Shown here piece by piece: positions 45,064 to 54,385 of a stretch of DNA of 64,000 bases. This DNA comes from Vicinamibacteria bacterium (GTDB lineage: Bacteria; Acidobacteriota; Vicinamibacteria; Marinacidobacterales; Marinacidobacteraceae), in the NCBI GenBank assembly GCA_963555995.3, contig OY821641.1, positions 2,174,867 through 2,238,866 of the forward strand, written 5' to 3'. Each line of letters begins with the position of its first letter. Position 1 is the first letter of the stretch. A program made the position numbers and the translations under genes. Under the pieces are notes generated by a model, which ran no database searches, was not told where the DNA came from, and saw only the letters and a program-made list of their open reading frames with translations.

Positions 45064-46835
45064 AAGTTAGAGCTCCGTCCCATCAGGCGCGAGACCGCGA
45101 ACCCGGACACCACCGCCAGGACCGCCCACGACAGGGTGACGCCGAGGCCGCGGCCGAAGAGCACGGCGCCGGCGCCGAAGAGCACCGAATAGACCATCAC
45201 GCAGGCCACCGGCCACGCCAGGAAGGCGCGGGCGGACGGTTCGGGGCGCGTCCGGGTGCGCGCGTAGGCGGCGCTCCAGCCGGCCCGCGGCGGCCGGGTG
45301 CGCTCGACGAAGCGATCGAGCGTCCCGTTCGGCTCGGCCGGCGTCAGGAGGGTGACGCCCAGCCAGATCACCGTGGTGGCGGCGAGGCCGATCACGAGCC
45401 CCTGGATGGATCCCGGTTCGATCCCGAGCAGCGGGAGGGAGGCCGCCACCGCGAGCGATCCCGCCATGGCGGAGATCTCGCTCCAGGCGTTGATGCGCCA
45501 CCACAGCCAGCGGGCGATGAAGAGCGGCCCGGTCCCGGCGCCGATCTGGAGCAGTAGCCCGAAGCCGCCCCGGGCCGTGTCAATGAACAGGGTGAGGAGC
45601 CCCGCCGCCGCCATCAGGAGGACGGTCGCGACCCGCGCCACCGCCACGGATTCCGAGGCCCCGGCGGCGGGCCGGAAGAACCGGCGGTACACGTCCTCCA
45701 CCACGTAGGAGGCGCCCCAGTTCAGGTGCGTGTCCACGGTGGACATGTACGCCCCGGCGAGCGAGGCGGCGGCCAGACCGAGCAGCCCCGGCGGCAGCAG
45801 CCGGAGCATGAGCGGATAGGCGAGGTCGTCGCCGACGAGCGCCGGGTCGAGGCCCGGCAGCGCGTTCCGGAGCGCCGCGAGGTCGGGATAGACGGCCAGC
45901 GAGGCCAGGGCCACCAGGATCCAGGGCCACGGCCGCAGCGTGTAGTGGGCGATGTTGAACCAGAGCGTCCCCCGGAGCGCGTCCTTCTCGCTGCGGGCGG
46001 CCAGCATCCGCTGGGCGACGTAGCCGCCACCCCCCGGTTCCGCCCCCGGATACCAGACGCTCCACCACTGGAGCGCCACCGGCACTACGAAGAGGACGGC
46101 GAACGCCTCGGTCCCGGTCGGCGGGACGATGGCGAGGCGGTCCCCGAACTGCTCCACGAGGCCCGACAGCCCGCCCACCGCCGGGTGGTCGAGCGCCCAC
46201 ACCGCCGCCACCACGGCCCCCACCATCGAAACGACGAACTGCAGGAGGTCGGTGACCACCACCCCCCAGAAACCCGCGACCACCGCGTAGGCGGCGGCGA
46301 GGCCGCCGGCGATGAGGACGGCCGTGGACTTTTCGAGTCCGAAGAGGACGCCCCCGATCTTGGCGCCCGCGAGGGTGACCGTGGCAATGACCACGCAGTT
46401 GAAGAAGACCCCGAGATAGACGGCGCGGAACCCCCGCAGGAAGGCGGCCGGTCTCCCCGCGTAGCGGATCTCGTAGAACCCGAGGTCCGTCGTCAGCCGG
46501 CTCCGGCGCCAGAGGGGCGCGAAGACGAACACGGTGAGCATCCCGGTGATGCAGAAGGCCCACCAGGCCCAGTTGGCGGCGACCCCGTTCTGGCGAACCA
46601 GTTCGGCGACCAGGTTCGGGGTGTCGGTGGAGAAGGTGGTCGCGACCATCGAGGTCCCGAGCAGCCACCAGGGAAGCCGCCGGCCGGCGAGGAAGAAGGA
46701 GTCGCTGTCCTGCGCCGCGAAGCGGACCGCCCAGAGGCCGATGGCGACCGCCGCGCCCACGTAGAGCCCGAAGACGATCCAGTCCAGGCCGCCGAATGCC
46801 ATCGGCGGTACACCGTACCCGAATGCAGCCGCCAC
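45060..46835 (-). CDS. Sodium:solute symporter (SSS) family transporter
   Basis: 591 aa, about 13-14 TM segments. DSFFLAGRRLPWWLLGTSMVATTFSTDTP is typical of SSS. An alternative start lies at ATG 46802. Confidence 0.85.
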   Translation of the reverse strand: MAAAFGYGVPPMAFGGLDWIVFGLYVGAAVAIGLWAVRFAAQDSDSFFLAGRRLPWWLLGTSMVATTFSTDTPNLVAELVRQNGVAANWAWWAFCITGMLTVFVFAPLWRRSRLTTDLGFYEIRYAGRPAAFLRGFRAVYLGVFFNCVVIATVTLAGAKIGGVLFGLEKSTAVLIAGGLAAAYAVVAGFWGVVVTDLLQFVVSMVGAVVAAVWALDHPAVGGLSGLVEQFGDRLAIVPPTGTEAFAVLFVVPVALQWWSVWYPGAEPGGGGYVAQRMLAARSEKDALRGTLWFNIAHYTLRPWPWILVALASLAVYPDLAALRNALPGLDPALVGDDLAYPLMLRLLPPGLLGLAAASLAGAYMSTVDTHLNWGASYVVEDVYRRFFRPAAGASESVAVARVATVLLMAAAGLLTLFIDTARGGFGLLLQIGAGTGPLFIARWLWWRINAWSEISAMAGSLAVAASLPLLGIEPGSIQGLVIGLAATTVIWLGVTLLTPAEPNGTLDRFVERTRPPRAGWSAAYARTRTRPEPSARAFLAWPVACVMVYSVLFGAGAVLFGRGLGVTLSWAVLAVVSGFAVSRLMGRSSNF

Positions 46836-46867
46836 GTTCCGGGGAGCGTCCTAAACTCTCGCCTCCG

Positions 46868-47737
46868 ATGCGCGTCGCGGCCGTCCTCTGGGGCTCCCTG
46901 GCGCTGGCGGCGAGCGCGGCTTTCGCGCAGGAAGTCCCGATCGGAGACCACGACGCCGCGGAAGCGCTGCTCGCCCGGGTGCTCGACCATCGCGAGTCGG
47001 TCCGGCCGCTGGAGGGCGGCCTCACCTTCCGCCAGTTGATCACCACCGAGCGGCTCGACGAGGAGCGGAAGGTCGTCGCGAGCGCCAACGCGCTCTACGA
47101 ATACGAGCCGGTGTTCGGCCGGCACCTGTGGAAGCTGCTGGAGCTCGACGGCGAGCCGATCGCGGGGCGGCGTTTCCGCCGCGAGGAGCGGCGCTACCGG
47201 CGGGCCATCGAAGCCGCGAAGGAGGAGGCGGAAGAGGACCGCCGGGCGCTGGAACGACAGGATCCGGACTACGAGATCCTCCCGAAGAACGGGATGGACC
47301 TCTTCTACAAGATCGTCAGGGACGCGATCGAACTCGAAATGTTCGAGGGGGAGCTGTTGCGGCGCGACACCTGGCGCGGTCGTCCCGTCCAGGTGGTCCG
47401 TTTCCGGCCCCGCCCGGGGTTCGATGACGCCCCGAACCGCATGATGTCGGTGGTCTCGAAGTGCGAGGGGGAACTCTGGGTGGACACGGAGAACCGGCAG
47501 ATCGCCCGCGTCCGGACGGTGCTCACCGAGGCGGAGAACTTCGTCGCGGGACTCTTCGGGCGCCTCCACCGCGGGACGAGCGCCGATGTGGAAAGCGAGT
47601 TCGACGGTGAAATCTGGCTCCCCAAACGGGTGACCATGACCGTGGACGCCCGCATGTTCTTCATTCGCCGGATCCGCCGGCGGGTCCACTACGACTTCCT
47701 GGACTTTCGCTCGTTCGTGGCGCCGGTGGGCCGATAG
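46868..47737 (+). CDS. Secreted hypothetical protein
   Basis: 289 aa from ATG 46868 with signal peptide MRVAAVLWGSLALAASAAFAQ. Composition is protein-like, and I recognise no family. Confidence 0.6.
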   Translation: MRVAAVLWGSLALAASAAFAQEVPIGDHDAAEALLARVLDHRESVRPLEGGLTFRQLITTERLDEERKVVASANALYEYEPVFGRHLWKLLELDGEPIAGRRFRREERRYRRAIEAAKEEAEEDRRALERQDPDYEILPKNGMDLFYKIVRDAIELEMFEGELLRRDTWRGRPVQVVRFRPRPGFDDAPNRMMSVVSKCEGELWVDTENRQIARVRTVLTEAENFVAGLFGRLHRGTSADVESEFDGEIWLPKRVTMTVDARMFFIRRIRRRVHYDFLDFRSFVAPVGR

Positions 47738-47752
47738 GCTTATGCGCGTTTC

Positions 47753-48502
47753 ATGCTGACCCTGCGCGGACTGGAAGGAATTCCCGAGGTCCAACCCGGC
47801 GACGACCTGGCGCGGCTCGTGCTCGGCGGCATGCTCCAGGCGGGCGCCGAGCCCGCCGACGGTGACGTGGTGGTCGTGTGCCACAAGGTGGTCTCCAAGG
47901 CCGAAGGCAGCCTGGCGGCCCTGGACCGGTTGCAGCCAACGAAGATCGCCCGCGCCTGGGCGGCGGAACACGGGCGGGATCCCCGGGAGATCCAGGCGGT
48001 GCTGGGCGAGGCCCGCGACATGGTCCGCGTGGGACACGGGGTGCTGATCACCGAAACGCGGCACGGTTTCGTCTGCGCCAACTCGGGGGTGGACCGGTCG
48101 AATGTGCCCGAAGGCCTGGTGTGCCTCCTGCCGAAGGATCCCGACGGCTCGGCGCGGCGGCTTGCCGAGCGGCTCTCGGAGGCGACCGAGACGCAGTTGG
48201 GGGTCGTCATCACCGACACCTGGGGACGGCCGTTCCGTCTCGGGGCAGTCAACGTGGCCATCGGGATCGCCGGTGTGCCGGCGCTCCACGACTACCGCGG
48301 CCAGGCGGATTCCACCGGCCGGACCCTCCAGTCCTCGACGGTGGCGATCGCCGACGAACTGGCGGGCGCCGCCGGTCTCGTCATGGGGAAGCTGCGGCGC
48401 ATTCCGGCGGTGCTGGCGCAGGGCCTCCCGTCGCATCCGGGGGCGGCACCGGGAATGGGAGCCGCGCTCCTCCGGAGCCGCGGAAAAGACATCTTCCGGT
48501 GA
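47753..48502 (+). CDS. cofE: Coenzyme F420-0:L-glutamate ligase (CofE / FbiB N-terminal domain type)
   Basis: 249 aa. PGDDLARLV...VVVCHKVVSKAEG...GFVCANSGVDRSNVP...VVITDTWGRPFRLG...AIADELAGAAGLVMGK is CofE-like. Confidence 0.85.
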   Translation: MLTLRGLEGIPEVQPGDDLARLVLGGMLQAGAEPADGDVVVVCHKVVSKAEGSLAALDRLQPTKIARAWAAEHGRDPREIQAVLGEARDMVRVGHGVLITETRHGFVCANSGVDRSNVPEGLVCLLPKDPDGSARRLAERLSEATETQLGVVITDTWGRPFRLGAVNVAIGIAGVPALHDYRGQADSTGRTLQSSTVAIADELAGAAGLVMGKLRRIPAVLAQGLPSHPGAAPGMGAALLRSRGKDIFR

Positions 48503-49203
48503 CGGGTCCCCGCGTCGCAGTGCTCGGGGGGTCCGGACAGTTCGGGCTGGGGCTCGCGCGGCGGCTCGCGCTCGGCGGCGCCGAAGTGGTGATCGGCTCC
48601 CGCAACGAACAACGGGCGGTGGAGGCCGCGGCGCGGGTGCGAGGCGGCCTCGATACGGGAGGCGCGGCGTCGGACCCGGGGCGGGAACTCCTCGTTACTG
48701 GCGCGACGAACCGGACGGCGGCCGGGGCCGGGGACGTGGTGTTCCTCTCGGTTCCTTTCGCCGGCCAGGAGGCCCTCCTCGACGAAATCGGTTCCGCACT
48801 CGACGGGAAGCTGGTGGTCTGCTGCGGCGTACTGTGGCCGCCGGGGTCCCGCCCGGAAACCTCCGCCGCCGAGGAGGCCGAGCGGGTTCTGCGGCGGGCG
48901 GGCGCCGGGAGGGTGCGCGTCGCCGCGGCCTTCCAGACGGTCGCCGCCGGCCTCCTGCGGCTCCCTCCGGGAGCGGAGGGTACGGACCCCGGGCCGGATG
49001 TCCTGGTCTTCGCCGACGAGACCGCCGACCGCGAGGCGGCCGCCCGAACGGCGGCACTCACCGGGCTCCGGGCCGTACCGGTCGGGCCGCTCCGGAAGTC
49101 CCGCGCGGCGGAGGCCGCGCTCGGAATGCTCCTCGAACTCAACCGGCACTCGGCCCGGCACGCCGGGCTCATGGTCACGGGGCTGAATTCGGACGGCAGA
49201 TGA
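48499..49203 (+). CDS. npdG: NADPH-dependent F420 reductase-like (NpdG/FNO family)
   Basis: GTG 48499 overlaps the cofE stop (GTGA). RVAVLGGSGQFGLGLARRLALGGAEVVIGSRNEQRA is a Rossmann N-terminus typical of NpdG. Confidence 0.75.
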   Translation: MTGPRVAVLGGSGQFGLGLARRLALGGAEVVIGSRNEQRAVEAAARVRGGLDTGGAASDPGRELLVTGATNRTAAGAGDVVFLSVPFAGQEALLDEIGSALDGKLVVCCGVLWPPGSRPETSAAEEAERVLRRAGAGRVRVAAAFQTVAAGLLRLPPGAEGTDPGPDVLVFADETADREAAARTAALTGLRAVPVGPLRKSRAAEAALGMLLELNRHSARHAGLMVTGLNSDGR

Positions 49204-50240
49204 ACTCCCGTTTCGCACCGAAACGGCTCCTCGTGGCGGCTCTCCCGTTCGCCGGGGCGGCGCTCATCCTCGCGCTGCTGTTCCGCCGCATCCCGCCGGA
49301 GCGGATGCTGGAGGCGCTGCGCGGGGCGGACCTGGCTCCGTTCTTCGCGGCGCTCCTTCCGGTCTCCGTCCTCTACGTCCTCCTCGACGGCGTGCTGCTG
49401 GCGGTGGTGCTGCGCTGGTTCCATCCTCCCGGGATCGGCTTCCGGGAATCGCTCGCGGTCCGGGCGGTGGACTACCTGGTTTCGCTGTGGAACGGACGCG
49501 CCTCCCAGGCCGCCATGGTGGGCGCCCTCGGACGGCGCTTCGGAGGCGCGGGCGGCGGCGAGGCCCATCCGGATTCGGGCTACTGGGAATGCGCCGGGAC
49601 GATCCTCTTCCTCGACCTCTGCCAGCGCGGCCATCTCCTCCTCTGGGCGGCGGGGGGCGCGATCATTTTGGGCAGCGCCGCGCCCGAACGCGTCCCGGCG
49701 GCCGCCGCCCTCGGTTTCGCCGGCCTCTGCCTGCTGGTCGCCTTCCTGCGGGGCCGTCTCGAGGGCGCGGGCCTCGGGCCCCCGCGATGGCGGCTCCTCC
49801 AGTCCCTCCGGAGAGCCTCCCCCCGGCACTACGCCGCGGTGTTCGCCCTGAAGGCGCCCCTGATCGTCGCCGCCGCCGTGGGACACCACTTCGCCCTCGG
49901 GGCCTTCGGCATCCCGATTCCCGTTGGAACCCTCGTGGCCACCCTTCCGATCATCTTTCTCGCGGGCGCCCTCCCGATCGCGGTGGCGCGCATCGGCACG
50001 AGCCAAGCCGCCTGGATCTACTTCCACGCGGGAGCCGCGGCGTCGTCACCGGGGGGAGAAGCCGCCCTCCTCGCCTACAGCCTGTCCGCCCACCTGACCT
50101 TCCTGCTCCTGAACGCGGCGCTCGCCGCGCCGTTTCTCCCGGCGGCCTGGCGGACGATCCGCGGCGCTCCGGGAGTGCTCAGTCGAGCCGGCGGTACACG
50201 CTCCGGAGCAGCAGCGGATCCCCTCTCCGCGGCATCTTGA
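49200..50240 (+). CDS. Flippase-like / lysylphosphatidylglycerol-synthase TM-region (UPF0104) membrane protein
   Basis: ATG 49200 overlaps the npdG stop (ATGA). 346 aa, about 8 TM segments. The N-terminal KRLLVAALPFAGAALILALLFRRIP...L is UPF0104-like, judged by eye. Confidence 0.6.
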   Translation: MNSRFAPKRLLVAALPFAGAALILALLFRRIPPERMLEALRGADLAPFFAALLPVSVLYVLLDGVLLAVVLRWFHPPGIGFRESLAVRAVDYLVSLWNGRASQAAMVGALGRRFGGAGGGEAHPDSGYWECAGTILFLDLCQRGHLLLWAAGGAIILGSAAPERVPAAAALGFAGLCLLVAFLRGRLEGAGLGPPRWRLLQSLRRASPRHYAAVFALKAPLIVAAAVGHHFALGAFGIPIPVGTLVATLPIIFLAGALPIAVARIGTSQAAWIYFHAGAAASSPGGEAALLAYSLSAHLTFLLLNAALAAPFLPAAWRTIRGAPGVLSRAGGTRSGAAADPLSAAS

Positions 50241-50865
50241 GTTCGGTGCGCACCACCAGCACGTCGTCCGTGGCCTGGAGGGTCCGGAACAGCTCGAGCT
50301 TCCCGAAGGGCAGTTCCCGTTCCTCCCGGACACGCGCGATGCCGCCGCGGAACTCGGCCACGCTGGTGATCCGCCCCCCGCGGCCATCCTCGCGGGCGTG
50401 CTCCTCGCCGTCCAGATAGAGGATCTGGACCCGCTCGTCGAGCACCAGCCGCAGTTCACCGGCATCGGCTTCGATCTCCAGCAGGTCCGGCAGGCTCAGG
50501 AGAGGAGTTCCACCCCCGCCCGGGCGGCCGCGCATGCCGTCCCGGCCCATGCCGCCTCTTCCCATGCCGCCCCGGCCGCCTCGCGACCCGAAACCCCGGC
50601 CCCCGCGCGCGCCGCGCCGGTCCTCGTCTTCCGCCGCCGCCCGCTGCAGGACCTCGGCCGGATCGTCGCTTTGCTCGGGGTCGAGTTCCCAGAGCCCGGC
50701 AAGGTCGGCGGGGCCCTGGGCGGCTGCCGCCGGCGCCGCACCGAGAGCAACGAGGAAGACGCCCGCCAACACGGACGCCAAGGCTCCGGCGAGGGAATTC
50801 GGAGAAGACCCGCGGGGGGTTGCCGGGACCGTCATCGGGGTCAGTCTATCGGGGGTTTCGAGCAT
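50179..50865 (-). CDS. Secreted hypothetical protein with Arg/Gly/Met-rich low-complexity segment
   Basis: This is the C-terminal 228 aa of track ORF 50179..52116, starting at ATG 50865 (alternative ATG 50835). It has a hydrophobic signal-like segment LAGALASVLAGVFLVALGAAPAAAAQ and the segment RGARGGRGFGSRGGRGGMGRGGMGRDGMRGRPGGGG. The remainder of the track ORF is antisense to the DUF1549 gene. Confidence 0.55.
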   Translation of the reverse strand: MLETPDRLTPMTVPATPRGSSPNSLAGALASVLAGVFLVALGAAPAAAAQGPADLAGLWELDPEQSDDPAEVLQRAAAEDEDRRGARGGRGFGSRGGRGGMGRGGMGRDGMRGRPGGGGTPLLSLPDLLEIEADAGELRLVLDERVQILYLDGEEHAREDGRGGRITSVAEFRGGIARVREERELPFGKLELFRTLQATDDVLVVRTELKMPRRGDPLLLRSVYRRLD

Positions 50866-50914
50866 GATGCATCGCCGTGCGCAAGACCCGCGCCAGAGCG
50901 GTTTCGGGGGGCGT

Positions 50915-50943
50915 TTGCCTGTCTCCCGGAGCCTCCATAGAAT
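50915..50943 (+). promoter_or_regulatory. Putative sigma70-type promoter of the DUF1549/1553 operon
   Basis: TTGCCT (50915-20)-N17-TAGAAT (50938-43) lies 28 nt upstream of ATG 50971. GGAG is present about 12 nt before the ATG. Pattern match only. Confidence 0.35.
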
Positions 50944-50970
50944 GGACCAATTCGGAGACGTAACCCGCGT

Positions 50971-52920
50971 ATGAACAGCCCGTTTCGCGTGACCCTGCCG
51001 GCGCTTCTCGCTGCCGGAGTCGCGATCGCCGCGTTCGGCCAGCCGCCCCCCGCGCAGCCCGCACCGGACCGGCAGGAAAGCCAGCAGGAGATCCAGGATC
51101 GGCTGGCCGACCGCGCGCACCGCATCGCCGCCGAGAGCGAAACCGCCGGTGAGAAGGCGCGCCGGGCCATCGCCGCCGCCGGCCGGCTGCCGCGGGACGA
51201 GGCGGCGGCCCCAAGTGGCCGGGAGGTCGGCCGGCTCGTTCGCCGCACCCTGGTGGACGAAGTGCTCGGGGCGCAGCAGGAAGCGCTCGGGATCCCCCAC
51301 GCGCCGCCCTCTTCGGACGCCGCGTTCCTGCGCCGGGCGACGCTCGACGCCACCGGGCTCATCCCCTCCCCCGAAGCGGTGCGCGCCTTTCTCGCCGACG
51401 ACTCGCCCGACAAGCGCGCCCGCCTCGTGGACGAGCTGGTGGGCAGCCAGGAGTTCGCCGAGCAGTGGGCCTGGTTCTTCGGCGACCTGTTCCGGCTCGC
51501 CCACCAGGTGGGTCCGGTCCGGAACCCGTTCCAGAGCTGGATCAAGGAGTGGCTGACGACCGACCGGCCCTACGACGAGGTGGTGCGCGACCTGCTCACC
51601 GGAGTCGCCAAGGCGCACGGCAGCGTCCCGTCGCTCGCTTTCCTGGCGCGCTCGCACCAGGCCAAGAGCCGGATCGTGATGAGCCCGGACGACTACTCCA
51701 TCCATAACCGGCTGGACGCGATTGACCAGTTCAACGTGGACGTTTCCCGGATCTTCCTGGGAATCAACACCTCCTGTATCTCCTGCCACGACGGGGCGGC
51801 GCACCTCGAACCGCTGAACGAGTGGCTCTCGAAGCGGACCCGCGAGGAGTTCTACCGGCACTCGGCGTTCCTCGGCAACGCCCGCCAGATCACCACCTGG
51901 GACGACCGGTCCAAGAACGTGGTGGTGGACCTGCTGGTGGACGACCTGGCGAAGGGCTACGACACCGGGAACGACGCGCCGTACCACACCCTGTCCGAGG
52001 GACGCTTCCCCCGTCTCGAGGGGCTGGTCTATGAGCCCGCCTTCCTGCTGACCGGAGAAACGCCCCGCCCCGGAGAGAACCCCCGGGACGAGCTGGCGCG
52101 GATGCTCACCGAGCACCCGCAGTTCGCCCGCGCCACCGTGAACCTGGTCTGGGGCAAGCTGATGACGGTCGCCTTCGTGGAGCCCTACAACGCTTTCGAT
52201 CTCGACCGCATGGGCCGGCTCGCGGCGGGCGAAGAGGACCCCCTGCCCTCGCGTCCCCTGAACCCGGAACTCCTGAAGGCCCTCGCCGAGGACTTCCAGC
52301 TAAGCGGCTACAGCTTCTGGCACCTGGTCAAGACGATCATGAAGTCGGAGACCTACGGGCTCTCGCCTCATTTCGACGGGGACTGGGACGAGGCCTGGAC
52401 CGAGTACTACCCGCGCCGCTACGTGCGGGTGCTGACCGGGCCGGAACTGGTGGATTCGCTGGCGCGCGCGACCGACGTGCCCACCGAATTCGGGTTCGCC
52501 GGCACCACCGTCGAGCGGGTCAAGGAACTCACCACCCCCTCGGATCTCGGGGGGCGGCGCGGGCGCGGCGAGGGCGCCGAGGTGGACGCCCTGATGCAGA
52601 GCTTCTTCCAGAGCAACCGCATGACCCCGGCGCCGGTCGGGAACCGCGGTTCCATCCTGCAGGCGCTCCTGATGATGCAGTCGGGAGTCGTGAACCGCCG
52701 CGTGTCGAGCGAGTCCGGGGGACGGGTCGCCGCGCTGCTCGCCTCGGACAAGGGCGAGGGTGACCTGGTCAACGAGCTGTTCCTGGGGACGCTCGGGCGC
52801 CTGCCCACGGCGGCCGAAGCGGAACTCGGCGCCGAACGGATCGCCGCGGACCGCCGGCAGGGCGCCCAGGACCTGCAGTGGGCGCTTCTCAACTCTCCCG
52901 AGTTCCTGCTGAACCACTGA
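50971..52920 (+). CDS. DUF1549/DUF1553 (PSCyt2/PSD1) domain protein, secreted
   Basis: 649 aa. FLRRATLDATGLIPSPEAVRAFLADDSPDKRARLVDELV is the DUF1549 hallmark. A CxxCH motif is present (CISCH). The C-terminal QDLQWALLNSPEFLLNH is the DUF1553 end. Confidence 0.85.
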   Translation: MNSPFRVTLPALLAAGVAIAAFGQPPPAQPAPDRQESQQEIQDRLADRAHRIAAESETAGEKARRAIAAAGRLPRDEAAAPSGREVGRLVRRTLVDEVLGAQQEALGIPHAPPSSDAAFLRRATLDATGLIPSPEAVRAFLADDSPDKRARLVDELVGSQEFAEQWAWFFGDLFRLAHQVGPVRNPFQSWIKEWLTTDRPYDEVVRDLLTGVAKAHGSVPSLAFLARSHQAKSRIVMSPDDYSIHNRLDAIDQFNVDVSRIFLGINTSCISCHDGAAHLEPLNEWLSKRTREEFYRHSAFLGNARQITTWDDRSKNVVVDLLVDDLAKGYDTGNDAPYHTLSEGRFPRLEGLVYEPAFLLTGETPRPGENPRDELARMLTEHPQFARATVNLVWGKLMTVAFVEPYNAFDLDRMGRLAAGEEDPLPSRPLNPELLKALAEDFQLSGYSFWHLVKTIMKSETYGLSPHFDGDWDEAWTEYYPRRYVRVLTGPELVDSLARATDVPTEFGFAGTTVERVKELTTPSDLGGRRGRGEGAEVDALMQSFFQSNRMTPAPVGNRGSILQALLMMQSGVVNRRVSSESGGRVAALLASDKGEGDLVNELFLGTLGRLPTAAEAELGAERIAADRRQGAQDLQWALLNSPEFLLNH

Positions 52921-52930
52921 GGGGCCGAAC

Positions 52931-54343
52931 ATGTGCACCTGCGAACCCCGCGTCAGCGACCTCATCCCGGCCCGCCGGGAGATTCTCAAGATGGGGGGGC
53001 TGGCGCTCGCCGGGTCCTTCGTGAACCAGGTCGTCTGGCCGCTCCAGGCGCATGCGGCCGGCAAGGCGAACCCGCGGCGGACCGCCCGCTACTGCATCTT
53101 CATCGAGATGGGCGGGGCCATCAGCCCGATGGACACCTGGGACTTCAAAGAGACCCGCTGGACCCCGACGGATCTGGACATGGTCCAGTTGAGCGATGAG
53201 GTCTCGCTGTCCCGGACCCTCTTCCCGACGCTCGTGGACCGGGTGGACGAGGTCGCCTTTGTGCGCTCGATGCGGGCGCCGGAGCTGATCCACTTCAACG
53301 GGCAGTACCACACCCAGACCGGCCGGGTGCTGAACGTGGCGCTCGCCCGCGAGGTCCCCGCCTTCGGCAGCGTCATCGCCGCCGAGCTCGACAGGGAGCG
53401 GCGCGAGACGGACAGCTTCCCCACCTACGTCAGCACCTACCTCACGCGGGCCCGCGCCGGGTCCATCGGCGCCGGCTTCCTGCCGACCCGGTTCTCCGGT
53501 CTCGACCTCGATCCGACCACGGTGTTCGACTCCTTCGGAGGCAACGTGGAGGGCAGCCGCCGGGTGCTCGAGGAGCGCTTCCGCCTGCTGAACCGGCTGG
53601 CGGAGGTCTCCATCCCGGAACGCGCCTCGCTCGGGGACAAGGAGAACGACTACCGGGACTACTACCAGTCGGCCTACGGGCTCCTCACCGACGAACGCTG
53701 GCCGAAGCTCTTCGTCGCCAGCGACGCGGACAAGGCGCGCTACGGCGAGGACGAGTTCGGGCTGGGGTGCATCCTGGCGCGCAACCTGATCGAGGCCGAC
53801 GCCGGCACCCGCTTCATCTACATCTACGACGGGGACAAGTGGGACCACCACTCCGGCATCTTCGACCGTTCCCGCCAGTGGAACCACTACACGACCTGTC
53901 CGCGGCTGGACAAGGGATTCACCTCCCTGCTCACCGATCTGGGCGCCCGCCCGGGCAGTGAACCCGGCACCACGCTGCTGGACGAAACCCTCATCGTGGT
54001 CACCAGCGAGTTCGGCCGCACGCCGGAGATGAACCCGGTGGCCGGCCGGGACCACTACCGCTTCGCCTACACGAGCATGTTTGCGGGCGGCGGCGTCGAG
54101 GGCGGCCGGGTGGTCGGCAAGACCAACGAGGACGGATCGGAGGTCGTGGACCCCGGCTGGAAGCACGACGGACAGCCGTTCATGGACAACACGGTCGCCA
54201 CCATCTACTCGGCGCTCGGCATTGATTGGAGGAAGGTGGTCCACAACACTCCGTCGGGCCGCGAGTACGTCTACGTGGACTCGGTCTCGCTCGGCGGGTC
54301 GGAGATGATGTTCGACGACGAGATCGCCGAGATCTTCGCCTGA
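52931..54343 (+). CDS. DUF1501 (sulfatase/alkaline-phosphatase-superfamily-like) protein with Tat-type signal
   Basis: 470 aa. ARREILKMGGLALAG is a Tat-type signal. IFIEMGGAISPMDTWDFK and VVTSEFGRTP...GRDHY are DUF1501 blocks. Confidence 0.85.
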   Translation: MCTCEPRVSDLIPARREILKMGGLALAGSFVNQVVWPLQAHAAGKANPRRTARYCIFIEMGGAISPMDTWDFKETRWTPTDLDMVQLSDEVSLSRTLFPTLVDRVDEVAFVRSMRAPELIHFNGQYHTQTGRVLNVALAREVPAFGSVIAAELDRERRETDSFPTYVSTYLTRARAGSIGAGFLPTRFSGLDLDPTTVFDSFGGNVEGSRRVLEERFRLLNRLAEVSIPERASLGDKENDYRDYYQSAYGLLTDERWPKLFVASDADKARYGEDEFGLGCILARNLIEADAGTRFIYIYDGDKWDHHSGIFDRSRQWNHYTTCPRLDKGFTSLLTDLGARPGSEPGTTLLDETLIVVTSEFGRTPEMNPVAGRDHYRFAYTSMFAGGGVEGGRVVGKTNEDGSEVVDPGWKHDGQPFMDNTVATIYSALGIDWRKVVHNTPSGREYVYVDSVSLGGSEMMFDDEIAEIFA

Positions 54344-54385
54344 GCCGGAATTCCTGATTCGCTCGGAAACCACTGACCGGTAGCG

